Assembly: GCA_965223265.1 (NCBI GenBank)
Contig: OZ244999.1
Location: forward strand, 1,728,001 to 1,792,000
From: Planctomycetota bacterium
Lineage (GTDB): Bacteria; Planctomycetota; UBA8108; SXIK01
Direction: 5' to 3'
DNA length: 64,000 bases
Part shown: piece by piece, positions 18,710 to 27,952 of the stretch
How the letters are laid out: every line of letters starts with the position of its first letter
Numbering within the stretch: position 1 is the first letter of the stretch
Notes under the pieces: generated by a model
Databases searched by the model: none
What the model was told of the DNA's origin: nothing
What the model saw: the letters and a program-made list of their open reading frames with translations, nothing else
Translations under genes and position numbers: made by a program

Positions 18710-19714
18710 ATGCAGCTTCTCTACGAATCCGATGCGTCGTTGACGCCTCTTGAAGGCAAGACGGTTGCGGTTCTTGGCTACGGAAACCAGGGACGAGCGC
18801 AGGCGCTCAATCTGCGTGATAGCGGCGTCAGCGTTGTCGTTGGCAACCGCGAGGACGAGTACCGCGACTTGGCCGTAGAGGAGGGCTGGAGACCTCTCAC
18901 GATTCCTGAGGCCGCAGCTCAGGGCGACGTACTGCTCGTCCTGACAACCGACGAATGCATGCCTTCGATTTGGGATCAGCAAATACTTCCCGGGATCGAA
19001 GCTGGCAACACACTTTGCTGGGGGAGTGGATACAACGTCGGGTACGGGATCATCAAACCGCCGTTGACTGCGAACGCGGTGATGATTGCACCGATGATGC
19101 CCGGCAATATGGTCCGGACTCTCTTCGAGCGGGGAAGCGGTGTCGTGGGCCAGTTTGCGGTCGAACGAGACGTCTCGGGCGACGCTCGTGAGTTGGTATT
19201 GGCGCTCTGCAAAGGCATGGGGCTGACTCGCGTCGGCGTCTACGAGTCATCATTTTTGCACGAGGCGCACCTCAATCTCTTCACCGAGCAAGTCGTTTGG
19301 CCAGGTCTGACTGCGTGGCTTGTGGAGTGTTTCGAACTTGCTGTCGAGCATGGATACTCGCCGGAAGCGGTCATCATGACGCTTTACGCGTCGGGCGAGG
19401 CAGCGGAGATCATGGGGCTGATGGCGAGCTACGGGTTCTTCAAACAGATGAGATTCCATTCGACGACGAGTCAGTACGGCACGTTCACTCGAGCGAAAAA
19501 CCTCATCAGTGATTCAATGCGCGAGCAAGCCAGAAAGAACTTCGTCGACGACATCAAGGGGGGCAGCTTCGTCAAGGAGTGGACCGTCGACAGCGACAAC
19601 TCGACGAAGCGTCTGCAGCAGCTTTGGACGGAGGTGCTGGCACACCCGATGAGCGTCGCGGAAGATCGAGTGCTCGAGCTGCTGCGTGATGCTCATGCCG
19701 AAGGCAAGGACTGA
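18710..19714 (+). CDS. ilvC: Ketol-acid reductoisomerase (IlvC)-like protein, divergent
   Basis: LEGKTVAVLGYGNQGRAQALNLRDSG N-terminus and class I KARI length. Several catalytic positions are altered (see findings), so the symbol indicates homology only. Confidence 0.75.
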   Translation: MQLLYESDASLTPLEGKTVAVLGYGNQGRAQALNLRDSGVSVVVGNREDEYRDLAVEEGWRPLTIPEAAAQGDVLLVLTTDECMPSIWDQQILPGIEAGNTLCWGSGYNVGYGIIKPPLTANAVMIAPMMPGNMVRTLFERGSGVVGQFAVERDVSGDARELVLALCKGMGLTRVGVYESSFLHEAHLNLFTEQVVWPGLTAWLVECFELAVEHGYSPEAVIMTLYASGEAAEIMGLMASYGFFKQMRFHSTTSQYGTFTRAKNLISDSMREQARKNFVDDIKGGSFVKEWTVDSDNSTKRLQQLWTEVLAHPMSVAEDRVLELLRDAHAEGKD

Positions 19715-19728
19715 ACGCGATCTGCGGA

Positions 19729-19748
19729 GGCTCCCTTCGGTGGGAGTC
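19729..19748. terminator. Short hairpin between convergent genes (possible bidirectional terminator)
   Basis: GGCTCCC-TTCGGT-GGGAGTC lies between the ilvC-like stop and the sialidase-like stop. No U-tract. Confidence 0.4.
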
Positions 19749-20905
19749 TACGGCGTTCCAGGATCCCAGATCGTGGCGATGATTCGGCGGTAAGGATTGT
19801 CGTTGGGATAGAAGTAGTAGGTCGTGACTAGTTTTCCATCGGGGCGCTGTAGTGTGCGTGGGTAGCCGAGATCGCGGCCGCCTCCGTCTGTCTTGAGCAC
19901 GAACGGCTCCGACCAGGTTGCGCCCGCGTCACTGCTAAATCTTGCCTGCATTTCAAAGGGAGCTTTGCGGACGCCATATGTAACGCAGAGGCGCCCGTCC
20001 TCCAGGCGCAGCATTGACGGCGGATTGCCCTCGCCCACGTCATCAACAGCGTTGTTGATGAACGTCCAGCTTGCGCCGTTGTCTTTCGACTTCCACGTAT
20101 CGATCCAGCGGTGCTTGTCTTCGCCAGGGCCTTCGCGGCGACGCGTCGTCATAACAAGATCACTCGGCGAAAGACGGACGGTGGATGGCATGATCGAGAA
20201 ACCGTTTGGTTCTGGGCCGACAAACGACAGGAATTTCCACGTCACTCCACCGTCGGTCGTGCGCGCGCTGAACACGCGACCTTCCTTCCGGTTCTTTTTC
20301 GAAGCTGTGAGAAAAACGTGACAGTCGCGTTTGTCGTTCACGATGTACTCTGGCCGCGCCATGATCCCCGGCTGGTCGAAACTTGGCACCTGGAACGGGC
20401 CGCGCCAATTGTGTCCGCGGTCGTAGGAATAGTAGAGTCGAGACATACCGTCGTGGATGGTCGCAAAACGCATCGTCATACAGAAGTCCGGATGCGCGAA
20501 ATCGATGGGGGTCGTGATCGGGACTGGATCCATCTCCTTGTGCTTTGGATCCGTGATGCCGTGACGCATGCCTCCAGCGTTGACCAGCATGCCCTTGTCT
20601 TGCGGATACTCCATCGCCCAGGTCTCACCACCGTCCATGCTGCGCGCGAGCACGTGGTGCTCCGGTTTCTCACGATCGATGTTGTGTCTCTCTTCGCCGA
20701 GGTCCTTGTGAATCCCAGTGCTGAAGCCGACGAGAATTTCGTTTCCCCACATCCACATGCCGTGATTCGCCGGCCAGCCACCGAACTTTCCCTCTTCACC
20801 GTAGACGACGACGTGACGCTCGACCTTCGGCTCGGTCGCAACCGAAGGAGACCAGACGAGCGCGCAAATCAGTAAGATGGACAGACCGTGGCAACGTGTC
20901 GACAT
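19748..20905 (-). CDS. Secreted sialidase-like / BNR (Asp-box) repeat protein
   Basis: Signal peptide. Asp boxes SMDGGETW, SYDRGHNW, TTDGGVTW, SKDNGASW, SSDAGATW. DLGYP near the C-terminus. Confidence 0.85.
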   Translation of the reverse strand: MSTRCHGLSILLICALVWSPSVATEPKVERHVVVYGEEGKFGGWPANHGMWMWGNEILVGFSTGIHKDLGEERHNIDREKPEHHVLARSMDGGETWAMEYPQDKGMLVNAGGMRHGITDPKHKEMDPVPITTPIDFAHPDFCMTMRFATIHDGMSRLYYSYDRGHNWRGPFQVPSFDQPGIMARPEYIVNDKRDCHVFLTASKKNRKEGRVFSARTTDGGVTWKFLSFVGPEPNGFSIMPSTVRLSPSDLVMTTRRREGPGEDKHRWIDTWKSKDNGASWTFINNAVDDVGEGNPPSMLRLEDGRLCVTYGVRKAPFEMQARFSSDAGATWSEPFVLKTDGGGRDLGYPRTLQRPDGKLVTTYYFYPNDNPYRRIIATIWDPGTP

Positions 20906-21046
20906 GACGAGCTCCGGAGAACGAGGTATGATCGAAAAGTTTCGAGGTGTAGATTGTGTGGCGTGCGTTGCCTCTCGTCAACCGATGCCGACTCGGGGGT
21001 GCGCGTCGCCACGTCGAGAATCGGCGCCTGTTGAATCTTAACGCCC

Positions 21047-23908
21047 ATGAAAAGATCACTCTCGCCTGTCGTTCGTGCTGGGCTGGTCAGCGTCTGGTTG
21101 GTGGCGAACGGCAGCGTTGCCCTGATCCTAAAGGCCGCACCCGACCGTACGAGCAACGACCTCGCCCAGGGTCCGGCGTTGATCGTCCCAGCCTCGGATT
21201 GGCCAGCCTACAGACGAGATGGCGGCTTGACCGGCTTCTCTCCGCTTCGCGGCGGGCTGGCGCACGCGCCGTCTCGGCGCTGGACGGTCGAGCTCGGCGG
21301 TCCGCGCGTCCCCGCCGAGGGCGTACGGTTTGAGGACTTGAACGGCGATGGCCACGACGAGCTCCTCCGAGTCCTTGCCGATCGACTCGTGTGCCAGAAC
21401 ATCCGCGGCGGCCGGCTATGGGAAACACCTCCTCTCTCTCATCCAAACGTCGACGTGATCCACGACTTCGCAGGAGACGGCACGCGCGGTCTTCTCGTGC
21501 GTGCCTCGACGGGCACCGAGCACCGGACCTACTTGATCAGTGGGATCAACGGAAAGACGACGCTTCTCTACACGACTCGCAACGTGTTTGGGCGCTATGA
21601 GCGATTCGGAAAGATCCTGGCAGGCGTGCGTGGCGATCAGCTCTGCGCCTGGTGGAGTGGCGATCCTGTGGCCACGTTCGGCGGCGACGGCATGCGCGGT
21701 TTCGGCTACCTCTGGAGTTTCGAGAAGGGGCTCGAAACGCCGACGCTGCGTTTTCACGCCGACGAGGTGGGGACGATCTACGCTCCGCTTCACCTTTTCG
21801 CCGACATGGACGGCGACGGTGATGAGGACATGGTCATGGTGTCTCACGAACAGCTGTGGGTCTACGACTTGCGCTCCGGCAAGAAGATCATGCAGTCGAT
21901 CTGGGGGCCGCAGATACGGACGTATTGGGCGGCAACCGCTGCGATGCCGCTCGTACCCGGAGAGCTTCCTTCTCTCCTGATGATTAATCCGATGCTTCCC
22001 GGCGTGCAGGTGGTGACGCAAGACGGCACGAAGGCGGTGAGTCGGTGGAAGCGCGTCGTCGGCGATGACGAAAACCAGTACCAAAAGAAAGTGAAGATCG
22101 AGCGAGCCGCTCCCGATCCATTTGTCGACCTTGATGGCGATGGCGATATCGAGATTCTCGCCGCAGTCACCAACGAGCACGACGATGGAGAGACCTACTT
22201 GACGATGTTTCGAGCTTCTGACGGCCATCGCGTGTTTGATCAGCCGGGCTTGAGCGTCATCGCAGTTGACGATTTGGATGGCGACGGCAGGTTGGAGGTG
22301 TTTTTGCGAGAGGGTGATGGTGCGCTTCGCATCTCCAACTGGATCGCTGGCCGCTTCGTCGATCGTTGGCGAGGCTTTGGTGTAGAGCCGTTAACGATCC
22401 CGGAGCCGTCCGAGGGGCACCTGGCGCGCGCTGTCGGAGCGAGAGTGACGCGCCGCAATATGCCGCTCTGGCGCTTGAAAGACGGATCGGAGTTCGTCCT
22501 CATGCGGCGTGGGGCTGATGTCGTCGGCTGTCGTCTGGTCCCGGCGGGGACGCTCGAATTCGGCGGGACGATCGAGACGCACGAAGTGCTGGGCAATTCT
22601 TCGCGACCTCCGAAACCTTACGCGTGGAACGGTCGCGAACTGACGATCAGAGCGGACGGAAAGTCGAGCACGACTTACACGCTTCCGCATCAGCAGCAGT
22701 ATCGCGCCCCGCCACCGCTCGTAGGACGACACGGAGGCGCGCGGCGCATTTTCGTGCGTGAGGCGTCTGGCGCCTACGTCAGCTACGCACCGGACGGCGC
22801 CGATCGACGAGTCGTTGCTCCGCAGACGCCTCCAGTGAACGGTGCTTCACTAACGGATCTCGACGGCAGTGACACCAACGAGTTGCTCGTGCTCTCCGGT
22901 GAAGATCGCGCTCGGGCGAACGTTGTCACCGTCGACGCGGCGGGGCAGCGTCGGTTGCAAATCTCACCTCCTGAGGGCTGCACCGAGGCTACACTCGGGC
23001 CCTCCGGTCGTCTGGGGCAGGACGGCGGGCGCTGGTTCGTCGTGCGCTATCGCGTCGCCTTTCAAAACACGCGCGTCGTCGCCTATGATGGGAGAGATGG
23101 CGCGCAGCTGTGGGAACGAGACTTCCTCGGCCCCGAGAGAGTCCCTTCGACGACGTTTGTCCTTCACCTTCCGACCGCCGTTCACGACGTCGATGGCGAC
23201 GGCGCTGACGATCTCATCGCCTCGTCGGAGAATTGGTACGAGGTGATCAGCGTTCGAGACAATCGTACGGTGACGCCGAACACTGTGATCACTGCAGCTG
23301 TGCCGGGACATTGGGGAGCGTACGCTGTCCCCGTTGTCGCCGACCTCACCGGCCGCGGCTCGCCACTTGTGTTTCACAACGGGGCCTACGCCCTCACACT
23401 CGTGACCGAAACGGACGGCACGCCACGCTGGCACTACGGACTCACTCGCGATACGACCCACGCTGCGATGGCTGGTTTTGCGGACCTTGACGCCAGCGGC
23501 ACGCTCGAAATCGTCACGACGCAGAAGGACGGACTGCTGCGCGGGTTTGACGCTCAGCCAACCGCGAAGAAGTGTCCGACTTGCCCACCCGCAGAGTCAC
23601 GGGGAGACGCCAATCGCAGTGGTGGTGTACGCTGGACTTTTCGCCTACCGCCTCCAGTCAGCGACTTCGCCTCGCTCGATCTCGATGGGAACGGAAGCGT
23701 GGAACTTGTGTGTGGCGCCGGCGACGGCAAGCTCTATGCACTGCAGGAGACAAATGGACACGTGGAGATGCTTTGGAGCCTCGACCTTGGTAGCGAGGTG
23801 GGCGCGCCAGTCATCGCCGATCTGGACGCCGACGGCCTCCCCGAGGTTCTCGTCTCGAGTGCCGACGGCCGTCTTCATGCGCTCGGTGCGGCGGCTGTCT
23901 CCAAGTGA
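21047..23908 (+). CDS. Secreted FG-GAP/VCBS-repeat beta-propeller protein
   Basis: Many Ca-binding repeats (DLNGDGHDE, DMDGDGDED, DLDGDGDIE, DVDGDGADD, DLDADGLPE). PQQ-like N-terminal motif DWPAYRRDGGLTG. Confidence 0.8.
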   Translation: MKRSLSPVVRAGLVSVWLVANGSVALILKAAPDRTSNDLAQGPALIVPASDWPAYRRDGGLTGFSPLRGGLAHAPSRRWTVELGGPRVPAEGVRFEDLNGDGHDELLRVLADRLVCQNIRGGRLWETPPLSHPNVDVIHDFAGDGTRGLLVRASTGTEHRTYLISGINGKTTLLYTTRNVFGRYERFGKILAGVRGDQLCAWWSGDPVATFGGDGMRGFGYLWSFEKGLETPTLRFHADEVGTIYAPLHLFADMDGDGDEDMVMVSHEQLWVYDLRSGKKIMQSIWGPQIRTYWAATAAMPLVPGELPSLLMINPMLPGVQVVTQDGTKAVSRWKRVVGDDENQYQKKVKIERAAPDPFVDLDGDGDIEILAAVTNEHDDGETYLTMFRASDGHRVFDQPGLSVIAVDDLDGDGRLEVFLREGDGALRISNWIAGRFVDRWRGFGVEPLTIPEPSEGHLARAVGARVTRRNMPLWRLKDGSEFVLMRRGADVVGCRLVPAGTLEFGGTIETHEVLGNSSRPPKPYAWNGRELTIRADGKSSTTYTLPHQQQYRAPPPLVGRHGGARRIFVREASGAYVSYAPDGADRRVVAPQTPPVNGASLTDLDGSDTNELLVLSGEDRARANVVTVDAAGQRRLQISPPEGCTEATLGPSGRLGQDGGRWFVVRYRVAFQNTRVVAYDGRDGAQLWERDFLGPERVPSTTFVLHLPTAVHDVDGDGADDLIASSENWYEVISVRDNRTVTPNTVITAAVPGHWGAYAVPVVADLTGRGSPLVFHNGAYALTLVTETDGTPRWHYGLTRDTTHAAMAGFADLDASGTLEIVTTQKDGLLRGFDAQPTAKKCPTCPPAESRGDANRSGGVRWTFRLPPPVSDFASLDLDGNGSVELVCGAGDGKLYALQETNGHVEMLWSLDLGSEVGAPVIADLDADGLPEVLVSSADGRLHALGAAAVSK

Positions 23909-23977
23909 CCCCCGCGCGCGGGCGTGGGCGCCGCCTTGAGTAGCCGGCTCGTGCCGCGTGCTTATTCGGACTTGGAA

Positions 23978-24075
23978 GAGTGTGGGATTGCGAGTGCGAG
24001 TGCGTGGGAGTCGGAGTACTCGGCTTCTGCCGCTGTATCCACCTCTGTCTCTGCCTCCGCTTCCGTCTCCGCCTC
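23978..24075 (+). repeat. Hexamer-arm repeat related to the dispersed family, without a recognisable core
   Basis: GATTGC-GAGTGC-GAGTGC-GTGGG matches 33092-33108. CTCTGT-CTCTGC-CTCCGC-TTCCGT-CTCCGC matches 16242-16262. Confidence 0.6.
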
Positions 24076-24195
24076 CTTCTCGCTCTGCTCGGCGAGATGT
24101 CGACGCCCCCTTCCGCATCGGTTACTCTCGGCGATCGAGTTCGTCGCAGGGAACGCGACCGCAAGTGTGGTGCGCCGGAGTCAAGGAGCCTGACA

Positions 24196-25134
24196 ATGAA
24201 TCAGCGCAGCGACCTCGCCATAAGTCGGCGGACGATGCTTGTTCGATCCGCGAGCGCAGGACTGGCAGCATGGGCAGCAACCGGGTGTGCACCTTTGAGA
24301 CGTCGACGGGTTGGAGCGAGTGAGGAGCGGTTTCGTATTCGCGTTCTCAACCGCAAGTACGACCTCCATCGTCCGAGAGGATGCACGCTCCTGGCGATCG
24401 AAGTTGCGGACTGGCCGGGAAACGAGTTTGGTTTGTGGCTGCCGGAGACTGTCTACGGCGGTGGTGAAAAGCTTTGGGGCAACTGGGGGGATGACGCAGA
24501 GCAGCACTTCACGCAGGACGAGCGCGGGCGGTGGGTCACGCGACGGGACTTCTCTGGTTTCCACGTTGTGTCGACGCTGACGCCGGATCCCGAAAGATCA
24601 TGTCTCTGGTATCGCCATACGTTCCATAACACGGGAGAGCAGACTCTCCACCAACTCAACACCCAAACGTGCTTTCATCTTGTGAACGCGCCGCAGTTCA
24701 TCTCCTTGCGAGGAAGCCGCGTGTGGGCGAACCTGGACGGAGTTTGGATGACGACTGACGGCGTCGAGCGTGATCAGTCGCCCGATCCACGCCGAGTCTG
24801 GTTCCTTCGCCAGGGTCTGCGTGACGAACGTACGATCGTGCCGCAGCCTTTCCCGAGCGCAATCATGCCGCAGGCTGCGCATAGCGCACTCCTCATAGCC
24901 GAGAACTTCGCTGGTAACGGCTGCGTGGCCATCGCTTCGCGCAACCTCGAGAAACTGTTCAACAACAACGACAGCATTCTTCGCTGTCTCCACAGCGAAT
25001 CGCTGCCGATCGACCGTCTCGAGCCCGGCCAGTGGGCGCACCAAGATTCCGTGATTCTCTTCTACGCTGGCGATCACGAAGCCACGATCGAGCATTTCGT
25101 GAACCACATCGAGTCAAGTTGGCCGCCAGCGTGA
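24196..25134 (+). CDS. Tat-exported putative lipoprotein of unknown function
   Basis: AAGGAG RBS and ATG 24196. SRRTML twin-Arg motif followed by lipobox-like AATGC. The upstream ORF extension to 23980 is only translated microsatellite. Confidence 0.65.
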   Translation: MNQRSDLAISRRTMLVRSASAGLAAWAATGCAPLRRRRVGASEERFRIRVLNRKYDLHRPRGCTLLAIEVADWPGNEFGLWLPETVYGGGEKLWGNWGDDAEQHFTQDERGRWVTRRDFSGFHVVSTLTPDPERSCLWYRHTFHNTGEQTLHQLNTQTCFHLVNAPQFISLRGSRVWANLDGVWMTTDGVERDQSPDPRRVWFLRQGLRDERTIVPQPFPSAIMPQAAHSALLIAENFAGNGCVAIASRNLEKLFNNNDSILRCLHSESLPIDRLEPGQWAHQDSVILFYAGDHEATIEHFVNHIESSWPPA

Positions 25135-25186
25135 TCGGCGACATGCATGAAGCCACGACGAGGAGATTCCTCTTTGTGGGGTCGGA

Positions 25187-27328
25187 CTACGGCGACTTCG
25201 ATGTCAACATCTGAAGAAGCCGCTTGATCGGACCGCCCCGCTCATCGGGTGTCATGTAGAAACGGTAGCCGTGATCGGCGAGCTTGATCCCGAGCATCTT
25301 TTCCAGGCCGCGGGCGACGAACTGGCGATTGATGAGGAATTTGTCGTCGAGAGCCCCGATCAACAGTGGTAAAGCCCATCGCGCGTCCGTGCGTGCTAGG
25401 ACATCAGCTGCCACCAGGCGAACATGTTCGTGGTCACTCGCGAGCCAACCGAGTGCAGCCGGTTCGTCACGGCGCGGGTATTTGGCGGCCAGCAGGTTTT
25501 CGGCATAGGAGGCGCCGTACCAGTCGGCGAGGTATCCTAAAGTCCAGTTGATGCTCTTGTCGGTGTGGCACATGTTGCACGCGTTGGGCTCATTGCTTTC
25601 GATCATGCTGCGTTCGGTCGGCGAGTAGATCGTATGCGTGCGCACGAGATCCTGGAGCCCCTCGTTGAGGCGCGGCATGTGGCAGTTCATGCAGCGGCTG
25701 CCGCTGCTGCCTCCCGCGTGATGAGTGTGCGCCTGCCGCGCCGCGGGTGTGCCCAGCGTGTCGCTGTGGCACTTGAGGCAGAGCTCATCATCCTCGTCCG
25801 GAGAGCGCGACCACTTCGCTCCCGTCGCAGTGTGTGGGTCGTGGCAGTCGACACACTGTAGCTGCGAGTAGCAAGCACCGAGCATGGCGTCGGAGTACTC
25901 CGTCGAGTTCCACGTCGACATACCGTTGGCGTACTGCGGACGGTTGCCCGAATGACACCGGCCGCAGACCCAATTGACGTTGGCGTGTGTGCGCCCCCCA
26001 GAGAGGCGGCGTCCAAACGACTCGAGCAGAAGGTTGGGACTAACCGGTACGAAGAGCGGCTTCTCCAGCTTCTCCTCGGCGTGCGCCCGGCCGCCGAGAT
26101 GGCATGCCTCACAGCTGACGCCGAGAGTTGAGGCGTAGCGCCGGGCATCCATTTGCTCGATGTTGGCGAACATCCTGCCGACGTCGGCATCTTTAAAGTC
26201 GCTGACCGCGCGCGCCGCTAAAACTTCCGGACGAGCCTGTTCGAGGTAGCGTGAAGCATACCAATGCAGTGCCATCGGCGTGTGACGACCGAGAAGCCGC
26301 GGGTGGCGGATGAACATATCCCCGAGCGGAAACGTCGTGTGGCAGTGGTTGCAGGTGTAGTAAGGGAAAAATGCGTCGTCGTGATCAGCGCCGTCGTATG
26401 GGTCTGCACGCTTGCCGTCGGGCAACTCCTCGTCAATGTGGACGACCGGCACCCATTCCTTCTCGTCGAGCCAGTAGCCAAACGGGAGCACGTGATCGAC
26501 CCGGTCGATTGGATTGGTGCTTGCTGGCGGGCCCTCGATCTGCACACCGACGTAGTACTGAAAGAAACGCGAGCCGATCGTCTGGCTGATGCGGTAGACA
26601 CGGCGGACGTCGCCGCGTTCGAGGCGCATGCGGTAGTCTTCTGCCGTCTTGTAGAACGTCGCTTTGCCACCGAGGTAGGAGATCGATGCCTCGCCTGAGA
26701 AGTCACCTTTGATGGTGTCCGTCGTCGCCTCTGTATTCATCCAGCGGTGCGGATGCTGTGACCACGATTCGTACTGTTCGGCGTGGCACTCGCCGCACGC
26801 TTCCGGGCCGACGTAGTCTTGTGGATGGATGTTGCTGTAGGGGCGGGACGCGAGTCGTTTGAGTGCTTCCGGAGCTTTCTCCCACCAAAGCACGAGGCGT
26901 GCCGGTGTTGGCAAGCGCGGCGCAGCGCGGGAGTGTGCGACGTAAAACGGGCCGTTCTCGCCGCCGACTCGCGGGCTTGGGTTTTCGGGGGTCGACTGCC
27001 ACCAGGGAGATGTTTTGAGCCACGGCGAGATGTTCTTCGACCAGTCGCTGCCGGCGTGGATCTCCGGAGGCTTTGGACGCGGCGCGGCAGCCGCGGTCGC
27101 CTCGGGCGTTGCGATCACATCGTCACCTGCCGGCGCGCCTCGCGTCTCGATGGCGTCGCTGGACGTCTCAGCGCCAACGGATTCAACCGTGTTGCTGGCG
27201 TCTTCCTGAGAGGTGTGCGACGCGGACTTGCCGTCACAACCGCTCTGAACGAATACCGCGGCGCAGTGCAGCATCAAGAAAGTTAGGGTGATGCCGACGA
27301 ACGTCGTCCGGCGTGGGATCGGCTCCAT
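25187..27328 (-). CDS. Multiheme (8 x CxxCH) cytochrome c with C-terminal HEAT-like repeats
   Basis: CGECH, CNHCH, CEACH, CGRCH, CVDCH, CLKCH, CMNCH, CNMCH. YVGPEACGECH...W..HPH is c554-like. AAGGAG RBS before ATG 27328. Possible lipobox QSGC. Confidence 0.88.
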   Translation of the reverse strand: MEPIPRRTTFVGITLTFLMLHCAAVFVQSGCDGKSASHTSQEDASNTVESVGAETSSDAIETRGAPAGDDVIATPEATAAAAPRPKPPEIHAGSDWSKNISPWLKTSPWWQSTPENPSPRVGGENGPFYVAHSRAAPRLPTPARLVLWWEKAPEALKRLASRPYSNIHPQDYVGPEACGECHAEQYESWSQHPHRWMNTEATTDTIKGDFSGEASISYLGGKATFYKTAEDYRMRLERGDVRRVYRISQTIGSRFFQYYVGVQIEGPPASTNPIDRVDHVLPFGYWLDEKEWVPVVHIDEELPDGKRADPYDGADHDDAFFPYYTCNHCHTTFPLGDMFIRHPRLLGRHTPMALHWYASRYLEQARPEVLAARAVSDFKDADVGRMFANIEQMDARRYASTLGVSCEACHLGGRAHAEEKLEKPLFVPVSPNLLLESFGRRLSGGRTHANVNWVCGRCHSGNRPQYANGMSTWNSTEYSDAMLGACYSQLQCVDCHDPHTATGAKWSRSPDEDDELCLKCHSDTLGTPAARQAHTHHAGGSSGSRCMNCHMPRLNEGLQDLVRTHTIYSPTERSMIESNEPNACNMCHTDKSINWTLGYLADWYGASYAENLLAAKYPRRDEPAALGWLASDHEHVRLVAADVLARTDARWALPLLIGALDDKFLINRQFVARGLEKMLGIKLADHGYRFYMTPDERGGPIKRLLQMLTSKSP

Positions 27329-27952
27329 CGGGAGCTCCTTCGGGCTGAAATCTTGCGTACCTGTTGGCGTCGTGAGAAGCAGCGATGGTACCACGGCAGC
27401 CAATCCCCAGGAACACTCTGAAGCTGAGAGAGGGGGCACGTGCGACCACTTAAACTGCTGCGCGAGCGCGCGAACACAGCGCTGACGGGTGCACGATCGC
27501 GGCGCGGACGTCGTCAAGCTACGCGATGGGCGGGACGATCGGCGCGCTTTCGGCGCTCTCATCGACCGGCAGGCCGCCCGAAGGAGGGATCGCTCGTCGC
27601 GCCGCGCGAAAAGCGAGCCGCACCGTCGTCGTAGGGCCGATCAGCGCCAGCCAAAGGCACAGTTTGACGAGTCTGAGACCAGCACCCTCTCTGAACATGG
27701 CGCGCTCCGAACTGCGGTTCTGTATTGCAGACGCCTGAAACGGGGCCACGAACTTGGCTTCACACCCGGGGGACGCTCAAGACGCGGGCGACCGAACTTC
27801 CGTCGCACGCGAACAGAACACTGTGGCTCCAATGCCGACCAACGCGATGATGGAACGTTTGGAGAAATACTTCGTGTTACGTGCGCGTCGACGCTCTATA
27901 ACATCAGCCGGCAGTTCCTAGGACTCGACCTTGAGGCGCTGAAAGAGACTCG

